From the human T2T-CHM13v2.0 reference genome, Homo sapiens, in NCBI RefSeq assembly GCF_009914755.1, contig NC_060935.1: 64,000 nt of DNA, one strand, 5' to 3'. This document shows, one piece after another, positions 41,839-59,302 of this stretch. Position numbers and translations under genes: made by a program. Position 1 is the stretch's first letter. Each line of letters starts with the position of its first letter. The notes under the pieces are model-generated. The model searched no databases. It was not told where the DNA came from and saw only the letters and a list, made by a program, of their open reading frames with translations.

Positions 41839-44626
41839 CTATTTTGTTTGTTTGTTTTTTTCCTGTTGCCTCTTCATATCATTTGATGCCACCTCTGTTT
41901 CCTCTCCTCTCACTCTTCTTCCATGCTCTCACCTTCCTCTTTTGGGACCATCCAGGCAGGATCTTTGCAGTCTTTCTCTTCCCCCTTATTCTCTTCATTT
42001 GTACTCTGACTTTTCCCCTCTCACAACCCTGAGCTTGGTGCTATCTTCTTGTTTTGACCTTGAGCAGTACTGTGTTTCATTGGGGATGCCCTACACTGCG
42101 CAGAGCGGAACAGCATTCTAGAACCTAATGTGAAACAGACGCCAGTTCTTTTGGTGATAAAGCACTTGTCATAGGGCAGTGATATTTAGTGTTCAGATAA
42201 AAATAGTTAATAATGAAGTGATAATACGTATGTTACACATATCTCCCTATACAATAGAAAAAGATCATGATTTCATTAGGATCTTTCTTGAAGTCGGGCC
42301 TTGGAAGATATTAGGAGAGAGGTCATTGGTAGATTGAGTATTTAATAATTTGTTATTCTTGGCCACTAACTGGAAACACAACACCATGCCTTCTGGGAGG
42401 GAGGAGGGAAGGAGTGGGAAGAGAGAGGGAGGAGTGCAATATGTTGGTTCCCTGTCGTGCAGGATGAGTGCTCGCTCTCTTTAGTTACATCAAATGAGTT
42501 CACCTGATATTAATGTCAGCAGATGGGGGAGGAAGGTTGGAGGGAATCTTTTTCTTTTATTTTTAACCGCTGGTCTAGTCAGAAAGGCAAGTGAGTTTTT
42601 CTCTTTCTTTAGGTCTTGCTCTCCTTCTGCCTTTGAACTTCTCTGTAGTTGTTTGCGTCCCCTCCCACCCCTGGAATTTTCCCCCCAACCTTTCCTTGAC
42701 ACCTTGACTCGATCACGTGGCATGATGGAAAGAACACAGGCTTGGAGTCAGGCAGAGCTGAGTATGAATCCGGGGGCTTGAACTCTCTAGCAATGGACAT
42801 TGCATGAGTCAGCTATGTGCACTTAACTTTCCTCACTCTTAGAATGAGGATAATGATGATGACATGATACCTCACTTACGGGGCTGTTGCACAGATAAGT
42901 GTTACTGAGTGGTCCAGAATAGGCCCCCAGTTATGGTAGTTATTATCATCTCATCACTGCCTTCGTAGTCACTCAGTACATGCTTCTTGTTGAATAATTA
43001 GCTATGGATCCCTTGCCAAACTCAAGTTTGGGATGGCCCTGATTTAAAGCATTCTGTCCCATTGTCCTTTCAAGTATGCTTAACATTTGGTCCAATTTTT
43101 GTATGGAAGCTATGGACATCAGAATTTGCTAATCCCACTGATCTGTAAACTCCTTTTAGGCTGGAACCTCTTTAGTCTTTGTAAGCCCCTTGGTGGATCC
43201 CTGCAAGTCGGCTGTTCAGTAGGTGATTGTGGAAGGAAGGTGCAAACAGAAGTGCAAGGGCTGCCTGTAGCTCTGGATGCTTAGGTAGCTCACCTCCCTT
43301 CCTGGGGATCATTCATCCAGCTTTTGAGGCGGTCAGGCTGCAGGGTTGGGAGAGGGAGTCTTAGATTCTTCTGGCATTTCATCTTGGCTCTTTGCCATGA
43401 GGTTTTGCCCTGAAGAAAGGAGGGGCTCCAGAGAGGTGTGTGTTTAATCCACCTTGGAGTCAGCAGACAAGGTGCATGGCAGGGCAGGGACGGGGTCAGT
43501 GTGTCAATGCAGGTGTGGGGCAAGGAGCCGGGGGCTCGTTCAACCGGAGAGGTGGCGCAGACGGTGCACTCAGAGCACTCTCGGCACTTAATCCTGCCTC
43601 TCCCTCTCCCCAGGCCTCTCCCCACTCAGTGTCAACCGGCACTTGCTTGAGCTACAGGGCGAGGCCTTCCATTCTTGGGGCGATATGCACCAGAGGCAGC
43701 AGGAAGTCATGGTGACAGCTCAACCCTGCCGCTGTGCTGCCTGGACTTCAATCCTCACTCTGCGCCCTTCCTCTCTGTCTAACCTTGGGCTTACTGTGTG
43801 ACCCTGGGCTAGTTACTTACCTTCTCTGGGTCTCTTCTGTGCGATGGGGCCTGATAATGGCATCTTCTTCCTACAGCTGTGAGGATTAAATGAATGAAGG
43901 CAGATAAAACTCTCGCGACAGTCTGGCACACAGTAGCCAGTCAGTAACTGTTAGCTATTATCGCTCTTCTTGTAGGCGCCCTCTCTCTTGAAGGGGTGAT
44001 TTTTTTTTTATAGAAGATTTAGCCTTCTTGCAAGCTTGGGGTCCCTCTTCTTCCTCATTGAGGTAATTATTATTGTTTTGGTGACCTCACTCTCTTGCAG
44101 TATTACCATTTTGTACATCTGGAGGGATTTATATGCCAGTGAAATAGAATCTGCCAGTAGAAGTAACTAACATTCTTCGTCACATTGCCAAGGCACTGAA
44201 TTGCTAGATTTTATTTCTTCTAGCAAAGCAAGGCCCTCCCATCCTTGGGGATTACAAACAGACATGGATTTTGGGCTGGACAAGGAAATACAGTGATGCA
44301 TGGCAGAGATTCGGATGGGAAACAAGTTAAAGGTACAGTAGTAATACTAGCGCAGGGTGCTTTTCACCAGTAATTATGGTCTCCTAACTAGTGTTGCATG
44401 ATTTAGACCAAAGAACATAGCTTTGGATTGGGGACCTCATTCTTTGCTTAATAGCCATGGGGACTGGGGTGCATAATCTCAAGTCACTGAGCCTCAGTTT
44501 CCTCATCCGCAGCATGAGAAGACAGCCCTGCAGTCCTGTGAGTATAATACCTGGATGCTGTGATGTAGCCGCAGAGATGAGCTCTGGCTCTCCTGCCTAG
44601 AACTTCAATGGAAGCAAAGTCCGCTA

Positions 44627-44968
<342 letters not shown>

Positions 44969-45930
44969 GTTAATGTGCTTGATTTTTGTGCATCCCTCTG
45001 TCTTTGTACTGCTGGAAAACATTGAGCATCTTGGTACATGCCTGGGAAATGAGAAGAGGTAGGAAGGTGGTTCACAGGGATGGCAGCTGGTGGGAATCGT
45101 GGTGGAGGTGTGTATGGAGTGACACTGGTAAACAAGCTACTGTCAGATGTTATCCTTGTTTATTTATTTAAGGTGTGGCTCCAATCCTAAATTATTTTAT
45201 AAGAAGGGACAGTTAGAAAATAACAGTCCAGGAGGATTAAGGTTCCTGGCCAAGATGATTCCAGGATCATCTGGAAAAGTGGCTGCAGCTACAAAGAAAA
45301 ACAGCCAATTGCTGGGAATCGTGAGGCAGGTAGGGGCTGGGTTAGGAATACCTACACCTTCTGGGAGGAAGAAGGCAGAACAGCTTCTGTTTTTTGGAGG
45401 CAAGCACTTGGGCTGAAGAGGTTAAGGCAGTTTTAGTGCCTCTGAGTTCATTCCAGAAGGGTGGAGATTTTTGATGCCACAAAGGAGGCACTGCTGGGCC
45501 CCTGTATAAGCACTCGTAGGCGTTCAAAGTGCAGAGGCCCAGCGGTTCTTCATTGAGTCCCTGCCGGGGTGGGGAGGAGGACAGGCAGAGCTTCTGACCC
45601 CATACAGCTGTGTCTTCCCACAGTGAAGACGCTGGTTACTGCAAGACGGCTGCTTCCAGAGCCACTCTTACCCTCAGGAAATTTGCCGGCTCTTTCCTTG
45701 TTCCTCTCATTTGATCCAGGGAAACCGGGACTTCTTGATGGAAAGAACAGGTTGCTTCTGGCCAAGAAGGGCCTGCAGCTGCATGTCTTTGCTCCAGAGA
45801 AAATCCACCCTCCCTAGGAGGAAGGAGGCTTTTGGCCGTAAGGACTTCCCAGCCACAGAGGCGGCTGCGGGGTGGCTGAGTTCCAGACGCCCTCTAGATC
45901 CCAGTCTGAGCATTCAATCTGGTCTAGCGG

Positions 45931-46084
45931 TTTCTTTCTTTCTTTTTTAAATTTTAATTTTTGTAGAGATGGGGTCTTGTTACGCTGCCCAGGCTGGTCT
46001 TGACCTCCTGGCCTCAAGTCGTCCTCCCGCCTTGGCCTCCCGAAGTGCTAGGATTACAGGCCCGAGCCACTGCATCCTGCCTGG
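45931..46084 (-). mobile_element. Alu left monomer (FLAM-like)
   Basis: Single arm. Confidence 0.8.
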
Positions 46085-46746
46085 TCTAGGCATTTCTGAA
46101 GAGCGGGGCCGGGGAACAGGACTCTGAATCTCCACGTGGGTGACTTCCACTTTTCTGAGAGCGAGTGCTGTCAACTACATGACTTGGGTCAGTAGACAAG
46201 ATGTTCCTTGGGGTTCTAAAAATATGTCATTCTGTGGGTTCCCTTTATAACCTACAGGGCCAGAAGGGGCTGCATGCTCTGGGACTGGGGAAGGAGCAGA
46301 GGCTGAAAGCACTGGTTGATTCAGGCTCTAGTTGAAAGTTGGCCCTTCCCCAGAGCAGGAAACCAAGGCCCCGAAGAGAGAGGACTTGGATAAAGTCACA
46401 CATCTACTTAGTGATAGGGCCAGGACCGGAATCTAGACTTCTTGATTCTTATTTCTGCGCCCTCTCCCTCTTACACAGGGAGCAGTGAGTGTGCAGGGCA
46501 GCCCAGAGGCGAGGGTAGGTGCCTGCCCCCGCAGGCTGCAACTGCTAGGCTAGAATGTCCAGAGCTCCAGCCTTGCTGGGTCCTACACCACACCCGTCCT
46601 ACACCTACATCCTTCACTATGCCCTTGCAAGAGCCTTCATCCCTGCCCTCATCTTGGCTCCCTTCCCCACAGTTCACACGCTGATCCATGTTTCTCAGCT
46701 GTCACATTCCCTAAACTGCTGGTCGGGTGAAGGTCCCCTCCCAAGT

Positions 46747-47189
46747 GTTTTTTTTTTTTTTTTTTTTTTTTTTTGAGACAGAGTCTTGCTCTGTCACCCA
46801 GGCTGGAATGCAGTGGCGTGATCACGGGTCACTGTAGATTACCCTCCCAGGCTCAAGTGATCCTCCTACCTCAGCCTCCTCCTACCAGCCTGGCCAACAT
46901 GGCGAAACCCCATCTCTACTACAAATACAAAAATTAGCTGAGCATGGTGGCAGGTGCCTGTAATACCAGCTACTAGGGAGGCTGAGGCAGGAGAATCGCT
47001 TGAACCTGGGAGGCAGAGCTGGGATTACAGGTGTGCACCATCATGCCTGGCTAATTTTGTTTATGTTTTGTAGAGACAGGGTCTCACCATGTTTCCCAGG
47101 TTGGTCTTGAACTCCTAGACTTAAGCGATCTGCCTGCCTTGGCCTCCCAAAGTGCTGGGATTACAGGCATGAGCCACTGCGCCCAGGCC
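46747..47189 (-). mobile_element. AluJ interrupted by an inverted AluS fragment (46884-47018, + strand)
   Basis: Orientation switches twice; TSD cctcccaagt flanks the whole element. Confidence 0.85.
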
Positions 47190-47885
47190 CCTCCCAAGTT
47201 TTGACAGTGGTTGTTTTCTAGGTTTCAGAGCTCTTGGGAAGGAAAACTTTCTGGGAGAGTGGGTCTTTGAAGACGAAAGAATATGGGAAGAGAAGGGCAT
47301 TTGAAGTCCTCCATGGGGCTCCTAGAAGTGGAGGTAGTGCTTCCAGCAAGCACAGGTGGCAGACCTGGCTGGGTGTGCAGGGCACACATCACTGCCTCTG
47401 GTGCACCCGGGTTCAGGCTGGTCACCCTCGGAATAACTGTTCACTCATTAGGAGGTGTGACTATCATCTGACCGTGGGAAGCCAAGTTTGACTGCTCAGG
47501 TGGTAAACCTCTGAGTGCTTTGGATTAAATTTTGCTGATTTTCTGTACTCTGACCGCTTTTCCTCCCATGCCCCCTGGCTCCTGGCTCCCTGCGCTGTGC
47601 TGCTGCCCACCTTCGCCCCTTGCCAGCATGTACACAGATGCACATGTGGCCTTGCATATACGTGCACATGCATGCAGACACATGCTTCTTTGCCTGTGGA
47701 AGGTGGTAGTAATAGTCGTTATTTCAGTGGGATGTTGTGAGGATTAAATAGGGCTGTGTGTGCAAAGTGCATGCACAGTGTCAGCATTTAATACATCATA
47801 GCCATGATGAACTATAGGCATGAGCCTAGTTCCCACCTCTGACACATAGATACAATAATATGTCTGCATCATAAGCCTATTGTGA

Positions 47886-48369
<484 letters not shown>

Positions 48370-49211
48370 TAAGTTATCTGAATGTGTTTCTGGCCAACGA
48401 TGCTCAGTAAGTTCTTTGAGATATCCACCCCGGAAGCCCTATCCTGCCTTTCTGCGTCCCCTGGGAATACTTCCTGTCAGGGTTTTCTGCTGGAGGCCCT
48501 AGGTTCTGTGGCCAAGTTAAGCTTCAGTACAAAACGAGGGACCTTCCTGCTTAGGTGGCCATCTCTCTATTTCATGTATCTTTCTTCCTAGCAGCCACTG
48601 AGCGTGTGTCCCCTTGAGCTTCTGTAGCCAATGAAACTGTGCCGGGATGGGGTCTGGGGTCCACCTCAATGCTTCCTCCCAGCCTGATCACTGGCATGGG
48701 TGGGTCCTTGGCCAGCAGCCCTCTGGCTGAGAATCTTAACTTAATTCATGGTTGGCCAAAAGGCAGCCCAGCAAAGACCGAGGCTGCTCGAAGCTGCCTC
48801 TGGGTGGGAATGGGACTGGCTTCCTCCCTGTTGCCTCAGCGAGCCTCCCTTGGCTATGGGAGTCACTGTTTTTCTGGTCTGGAGGGCCGTCTCTCTATAA
48901 AGTAGTGGCCCTTGTAGTTTAATTTTGTACCTCCTAATTTCCTCCCAGAGGACCTCCCTGCATAGGGTTTGGGCAGAGTGTTTTTGGTGAAGCCACAGAG
49001 CTCTTCCTGGGTTTCCTCCCTCAGCCAGGTTGATTCTGTGAACAGCCCCACAACCTCCTAGGAAGAAGAGCCCAGCTGGAAGGTGCTGGGCCTGGTGAGG
49101 TTGGAATGAGATGAGCTGGAATGTCCTATAGGATGTCCTTTCTTCCCTTCAGGTCCCTTCTGTCACTGTCTCTAACTTCGGGCTGGCTTCTGCTTCTCCC
49201 CCACCCGGCAG

Positions 49212-49344
49212 GACCTGTGTGGAGCCACCACCTGTGACACCCTGGGCATGGCTGATGTGGGTACCATGTGTGACCCCAAGAGAAGCTGCTCTGTCATTGA
49301 GGACGATGGGCTTCCATCAGCCTTCACCACTGCCCACGAGCTGG
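49212..49344 (+). CDS. ADAMTS15: ADAMTS15 exon 2
   Basis: gcag|[45 protein letters not shown]|gtaagg; 133 nt. Confidence 0.96.
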
Positions 49345-49809
49345 GTAAGGCTGGATAAGCTCCTCCTGGGGTCTTCTGGGTTTGCCTGGGGAGCCTGGAG
49401 GGTGGGAGACGTGTGTCTTTGCCCCCTTGTGTTCTGAAGCCTTAGGACCCCTTCTTAGGGCACAGTGAGCCTTAGCAGCAGCTTTGTACTTTTTCCGATT
49501 GCCCCAGCCCCGCTGGCCAATGACGTGGTTTGAGCCCCTTGGCAGAGTGTCTCAGCACTTAGGCACTGTGGGGACACCATGTTAACGACAAGGAGGTACA
49601 CTCTGTTGTCAGGGAGCCCACAGCCTGACGGAGGGGACAGAAAACACAAGAACATGATCTTGAGGACATTTGAAAGCAGTCTGTCGATAGTTGGCAATGA
49701 CCAGCCTGAAAACCTCTGACATGGGCTTTCTAGTTCCCCTGCCCCATTCCTCCCTCCAACCCCCATGTCCTTCCTCCTGCCCTCTCAGTCCTCTTGCCTT
49801 ACCCCACAG

Positions 49810-49977
49810 GCCACGTGTTCAACATGCCCCATGACAATGTGAAAGTCTGTGAGGAGGTGTTTGGGAAGCTCCGAGCCAACCACATGATGTCCCCGACCCT
49901 CATCCAGATCGACCGTGCCAACCCCTGGTCAGCCTGCAGTGCTGCCATCATCACCGACTTCCTGGACAGCGGGCACG
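49810..49977 (+). CDS. ADAMTS15: ADAMTS15 exon 3
   Basis: acag|GHVFNMPHDNVKVC...HMMSP...DFLDSGH-G|gtaagc; 168 nt; completes HELGHVFNMPHD. Confidence 0.96.
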
Positions 49978-50219
49978 GTAAGCCAGGACGGCGGGAGGGC
50001 AATGAGGCCGCCTCGGAGGGGGCTTTGCTGCTGCCCCTGGTGGAGGTGCTCACTTCTCCGTCCTCTGTACATTAGGTGTGTGTGCCCCCTCGGAGCCGGG
50101 CTCTGACATGAGTGCATTCCTGTTGCCCTTGGTTCATTATCCCCTTACCATTCAGATTCTGGGCTAGCCAAACCTCATCTTCCCAGCTCATCCTAACGAA
50201 CGCCCTCGGCTCTCTGCAG

Positions 50220-50503
50220 GTGACTGCCTCCTGGACCAACCCAGCAAGCCCATCTCCCTGCCCGAGGATCTGCCGGGCGCCAGCTACACCCTGAGCCAGC
50301 AGTGCGAGCTGGCTTTTGGCGTGGGCTCCAAGCCCTGTCCTTACATGCAGTACTGCACCAAGCTGTGGTGCACCGGGAAGGCCAAGGGACAGATGGTGTG
50401 CCAGACCCGCCACTTCCCCTGGGCCGATGGCACCAGCTGTGGCGAGGGCAAGCTCTGCCTCAAAGGGGCCTGCGTGGAGAGACACAACCTCAACAAGCAC
50501 AGG
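50220..50503 (+). CDS. ADAMTS15: ADAMTS15 exon 4 (disintegrin-like domain)
   Basis: gcag|DCLLDQP...KLWC...PWADGTSCG...NLNKHR|gtgagt; 284 nt. Confidence 0.96.
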
Positions 50504-52407
50504 GTGAGTGAGTGCTGGAGCTGCGCTCGGGGACTGCTGGGAGGAGGGATGGAGACCCGGGGGCCTCGTCTGCCCTTGGTCTTCACCAGGAAGGTGCCTA
50601 TCACAGACTGGCCACGGGACCAGCACTGTTGCATGGCTGAGCTGTGCCTTCACTGCCCTGTATATAGTCCTATCCCCTTCTTGACTCTAAGACCGGAGAG
50701 AAAAGCTATGGCAGGTCAGAGGACTTGGTGAGGCCTCAGACACATGGGGAAAAGCCTTCAACAGGACGTGGGGTCTCAGCCCTGAGCTCCGGGCCTCGTC
50801 CTACCTGGGGAGGAGCTCTGGGCTCAAAACTGAACACATAGTGTCAGGAGCGGCTCACTCGCTGGCTCATCCCTTCCTTCTCTCATCCACTCTTTCCCAG
50901 TGTGTTCCACACCCAGGGAGCTGGGGACCATGCTCAGGAACAGGGCTCAGAGCTGCAATGAAGCAAAGCCCTGGGCAAGCTTCGGGAATTGGCTGCATTC
51001 TGAATCAAGCTTCCATTTCTGTTGCGATTGCTGTTTTTCTTTAGCAGGAACATAGTTGAATAATACTTGTTTTCCCTCCTGATAAATACGAATAGCAACC
51101 AAACAAGAACACATTCAGAATGCCAAATATTCTCTGTATATAATAACTTTATCTTGTTCAGGTCTTGTTTTGGGGGTTTTGGGGGTAGGAGAGGGATTTG
51201 TACTTTTCCGGGCAGGAATAAGAGGTCTGTTCTCCTCCCGGATCCTGGAGCTGACTGTCCCTTCCCATCCCCTGTTCTCAGCTCGGGGACGACTTGCCTC
51301 TGGGCACAGAGGCAGTGTCACAAAAAAGCATCCACCAAGCACATTATCAATTGCCCTGAGATGAGTATGGCACAGAATTATTTAAAATGTTTTTCTGTGT
51401 TCTGGGGATACATGTCTAATTAAACCTTCAACCGTTGGCTAGGCAAAAACCCACTGTGTTCAGGGAACTGTGTAAGATACTGTGGTGGTCAGAAAAAGAA
51501 ATAAAACACAGGCCATGCCTCAGAGAGCTCACAGTCAAGTGGGGAAGCTCGAATTGTAGCTGTGATACAAGACACAGAGAGGCACATGTTATGCGGAAGG
51601 ACAGAAGGATGAAAATTGTCACGGGAGAACCAGGGTCAAGAGATTAATGATGATGAGAGGGGGCTGAGAAAACTTGGAGGAGGTTGGATTTGAAGAGAGG
51701 CTGAGGGATAAGTAGGATCCCTGTAGGCAGAAACAGAGCAAGGCAAGGAGGCGGGCGGTCCTGGGCAGGTCGGAGTGAGCTGCAGGGCTGTGTAGATGAG
51801 GGCTCTATGGGAACCATCTTCAGGAAGGTCATTTGGGGCCAGACAGCAGCCACCTTGATTGCCAGGCACTAGAAGGTCCTGAGGACAGGCAATATGTGGC
51901 CAGTGCCTCGTCCTGAGAAGATGAGGCTGGAGGATGCAGAGACAAGGTGAGATAATATTGGATAGAGAAAATGCAGTCTGAGAAGCACCATCTTTCCACA
52001 CTTTCTGGAATTCTGTCTATGATCAGGCAAGATCTACCTCCTCAACCTCTTTTCTAAACAATCCCTTGGCCACCTTGTTTTAACTGAAACTTTCCAGGAA
52101 ACCTTCATGGAAGTCATTGCCCTCACTGGCTGAGGTCAGATCATAAAGCATGTCTTACAAATCACTGCAGCTCCCACAGATCTGTTTCAGGAATCCCATT
52201 CTGACCACCAAGGCCCTGTCTTCCCAGATTACTCCCTCTGGGTTTTGGATTCCAACAATTCCTCAATCCCATCTGGGCCTACAATCTATTGCTACAACAA
52301 CCTTCCCATCATGCCTCACCCTTCCCATCATGCCTTCCCATCATGCCTCACCCAGTGAGAAAAACATGCAATTGTGCTCACTGGTCTCAGTTTAAATTCA
52401 TGATCTG

Positions 52408-52720
52408 AGCTGGGCACATTGGCCCCCACTTGTAATCTCAGCACTTTGGGAGGCTGAGGCAAGAGGATCCCTTGAGCCCTGGAGTTTGAGACCAGCCTGG
52501 GCAACATGGCAAAACCCCATGTCTGCAAAAAATACACAAATTAGTGGGATGTGGTGGCAGATGCTTGTAGTTCCAGCTACTCAGGAGGCTGAGGCAGAAG
52601 GATGGCTTGAACACGGGAGGCAGAGGTTGCACTGAGCCATGATCACGCCACTGCACTCCAGCCTGGGTGACAGAGTGAGATCCCATCTCAAGGAAAAAAA
52701 AAAAAAAGAAAAAGAAAAAA
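52408..52720 (+). mobile_element. AluJ
   Basis: Alu consensus; TSD-like taaatt(c/g)atga. Confidence 0.88.
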
Positions 52721-52749
52721 GTAAAATAAATTGATGACCCAGAAATTTA

Positions 52750-54810
<2,061 letters not shown>

Positions 54811-56071
54811 GCACAGGGCGGGAGCACAGTGAATGTTTTTTGTTCAAATAGGAAGCAATGATACCAAATAAAAACCAGGTAGCATTGTCTCAGCAGCTGC
54901 AGGAACAGTGCTATGTGCTGAAGAAGAATTGGGGATCTTGAGGCCTAGGCACACTCTTTCAGTCTTCTGATGGCCATTGTGGCTTTTGAGGGGGCAGCTT
55001 CTGGGGTGTGATGGGGACAAAACCCACAGTGCAAGGCTCTGGGGAGTGAGTATGAGGAAAGAGCAAACGTGGGTGACGCTGTCAGGGAGTGAAAGGATGG
55101 AATGAGGTGAGGCGCTAGTTTGAGTAGTTTGAGGCCAAAGCAGGGTGGAAGGACGGCGGTGGTGGTTTTTATAGGATCAAACAGATTTTGACAAAATGAA
55201 ACAAAAGCTATCTGACAAAAGGGTAGATTGAATAAATATGCTGGATATGTACACAGGTTAAAGTGTTTCCATCACATGCAGCCAGTTCCTGCTTAGTTCC
55301 ATGTGAGTTAGGCACTGTGAGGGACGGTCGGTGGCAGAGTTTTAATTCCAGGCGAGTACAGCAGCCGGGCTGCTTCCTCTATTGCTCAACTGATGTGTGT
55401 TCAGAGGATCCAAACTCATTTCACTGTCATTCTAAGGAAAACATCATGGACAATGTAAATTTTATTCTCTTTCTACCCTGTTTAAAAAAACTAAAAAAAA
55501 AACCTAAAAAAAAAAAAAAGTCCTCCAAAACACTGCACAATTCACCCCAAAGCCAAACCGAGTTTTAGGATTGCTTAATAATGTCTTATCTTTATCTCTT
55601 CTTAAAAGAAACTTCAGAATGGTTCACGGTGAAACTTTCTCAAATACAGCCCCTGATCGAGGTTAAGATCAGTTTGGTCTGGCATCAAGTCTGAATTATA
55701 GAACACTAAGGAAGAAAAACATTCACGTCTATGGTGACATTTTTTATCCGCAGGGCTGGGGGTGGCCATGCCTTAGGGATGCCTGTGAATGCACTAACAA
55801 CAAATAAAGGGAATCTTTTCTGTTTTTTCCTTTTATTCCCGGCAAGCTGTGAGATAAGAGCACTCTCTGAACTTTTGCCGGGGCCAGCGTGGTGCTGGGA
55901 ATTTTCGTGCCTGTTACGCCACTTCTGTCATCCATCTGACATCAGGCCCGAGTATTAGTATTATCAAACCCATTTTTGCAAGTGAAGCACCGGAAAGCTA
56001 AGGAGGGTTTGCCCGTTGCTCAAGCCCACTAGGGTGCTGTGGTGTGGGCAGAGTCCGTTGAAAACATGTCT

Positions 56072-56712
<641 letters not shown>

Positions 56713-56984
56713 TCACTCTACTGCCCAAAGAGGCCTCTCTTTTGCACGGCCTCCTTTGCACCTGGGAGCAGTTGCTGTTTGCTCATTAGTTGGTTGGAAT
56801 GTCGGGTGGGCTTGGTGTGCACTGGCCATTTGTTTATTGTTTTTTCCTTCATGATACAACATTAATTTCATTCCAGGAAGGTGGGATGAGAACTTGGAGG
56901 CTGTACAGTGTAGTTTTCTATGGGCTGAGGGGCTGGGTGTGGCACCTGGATCCACCAAGGAATATAACAGGCTCTTCCTCACAG

Positions 56985-57162
56985 GTGGATGGTTCCTGGG
57001 CCAAATGGGATCCCTATGGCCCCTGCTCGCGCACATGTGGTGGGGGCGTGCAGCTGGCCAGGAGGCAGTGCACCAACCCCACCCCTGCCAACGGGGGCAA
57101 GTACTGCGAGGGAGTGAGGGTGAAATACCGATCCTGCAATCTGGAGCCCTGCCCCAGCTCAG
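56985..57162 (+). CDS. ADAMTS15: ADAMTS15 exon 5 (central thrombospondin type-1 repeat)
   Basis: acag|[29 protein letters not shown]...CNLEPCPSS|gtgagg; 178 nt. Confidence 0.96.
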
Positions 57163-57842
57163 GTGAGGTGGGGAGAGCAGTGGTGGCCTGGGCCCAGGGG
57201 AGGTGAGGCTGGAGGTCCCCCCACCCCACCCCTACTCCATGTAATGCATGGCCTCCAGGTAATTGGGTACACAGGTAATTCAGGTAGTCTAGTATTTCTA
57301 TCATGGATTCCTGCTGATGACAAAGGGACTGCAGTCAGGATTCCAACCTTCAGGACAAAGCCTGGAAGTGGAGAGGTGCAGATTCTTCTTGGGATCATTC
57401 CTCTTTCCACTCACCTTTGGCAAGGGTGTTTCCTTCTGGATGCTTAGCCTGGGAGACTAAATGGATCAGGGGAATGATACACTAGAAGTCCTCTTATCTG
57501 AGGCCTGCCCAGCCCATCTTTGTAAGCAGGACTCCAGAGCCCAAGAACTTGATGGGGAAAACAAAATTACATCTCTATTTTTATTAATGTTTCTATCTAA
57601 CATTTAGTATTTCTTTCAGGGAGAAATTAGTATTTTTTTAACTACCTTTCCATCTAAAATTTAGTATTTCTTTCAGTTAGACAACAAAACTACAATAGTA
57701 GTAGAAGTACCTGTGACTTTGTCATCAATAGGAACCATGGATATTTTCACGTGACATTTTGGTTGTTGCAGAATTTTCAAAATGCTGTTTAAGCTCATCC
57801 TTACTTCAGAATTATAGTAGTTATCAGGTTCATTACTGAATC

Positions 57843-58238
<396 letters not shown>

Positions 58239-58640
58239 TGAATCATATTTAATGCATTAACAAAAAAGCATGTATATCACAGACTTGTTTCAAAATATAT
58301 CGATAGTTGTATAGCAAATGTAACTGGTGTTGTCGTTAATCTATATAATTTACTTTATGCACTGAGTTACATTATTCTGAAAATAGTTTGCAACCTAGAG
58401 GGAGTTTGAGGCTGGGTTACTGGAGAAGGTTGTGCATAGCTCAGGGGATGTGTTTTCATCTGCGCCCTGGGTCCTTTGGGCCCAGCCTGCTTTAGTGCTT
58501 TCAGATGGGGGGAGGTTGCAGCTTTGGTGATGAGGGTGGGAAGGGCTAAGAGAGCCACGGCAGGCTGGGAGGGAGGCTTGTCCTTTGCACCGGCCTTGTC
58601 CCTTCCCCTCAACTTCTTTCTTATGCTTCTCCCTCCCTAG

Positions 58641-58822
58641 CCTCCGGAAAGAGCTTCCGGGAGGAGCAGTGTGAGGCTTTCAACGGCTACAACCACAGCA
58701 CCAACCGGCTCACTCTCGCCGTGGCATGGGTGCCCAAGTACTCCGGCGTGTCTCCCCGGGACAAGTGCAAGCTCATCTGCCGAGCCAATGGCACTGGCTA
58801 CTTCTATGTGCTGGCACCCAAG
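58641..58822 (+). CDS. ADAMTS15: ADAMTS15 exon 6 (cysteine-rich domain)
   Basis: ctag|SGKSFREEQCEAFNG...DKCKLICRANGTGYFYVLAPK|gtgagt; 182 nt. Confidence 0.96.
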
Positions 58823-58928
58823 GTGAGTGAGCCTGGGGCCTGAGAACAAAGTAGGGACCAGGTCTTCCGGGGAGCATCAGCTGAGCTGCCCTGCTCTTCC
58901 TTCTTTTTCCCCTTCTGGGGTGCTGCAG

Positions 58929-59104
58929 GTGGTGGACGGCACGCTGTGCTCTCCTGACTCCACCTCCGTCTGTGTCCAAGGCAAGTGCATCAAGGCTGGC
59001 TGTGATGGGAACCTGGGCTCCAAGAAGAGATTCGACAAGTGTGGGGTGTGTGGGGGAGACAATAAGAGCTGCAAGAAGGTGACTGGACTCTTCACCAAGC
59101 CCAT
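58929..59104 (+). CDS. ADAMTS15: ADAMTS15 exon 7 (cysteine-rich domain)
   Basis: gcag|[26 protein letters not shown]...[13 protein letters not shown]...TKP-AT|gtgagt; 176 nt. Confidence 0.96.
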
Positions 59105-59261
59105 GTGAGTTCTGGGCCCTGAAGGTCCTGCCAGGGAGCAAAGGGAGGGAGGTGGAGTTTCCCAGGGTATTGGAAGCTTGGGTTAGACTGGGGTAAATGT
59201 CAGATCCAGCCAGTACCCTTGCTGCAGAGGCCACCCATACCCTTCTAGGGCTGCTAGTCCT

Positions 59262-59302
59262 TCACTCACTCATTCATTCACTCATTCATTCATTCATTCA
59301 TT
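59262..59302. repeat. (TTCA)n, probably an L2 tail
   Basis: Direct reading. Confidence 0.75.

Noticed and set aside
56961-56984. Upstream AG as an alternative exon-5 acceptor
   Set aside because: No pyrimidine tract, and it would add 14 nt (frameshift)
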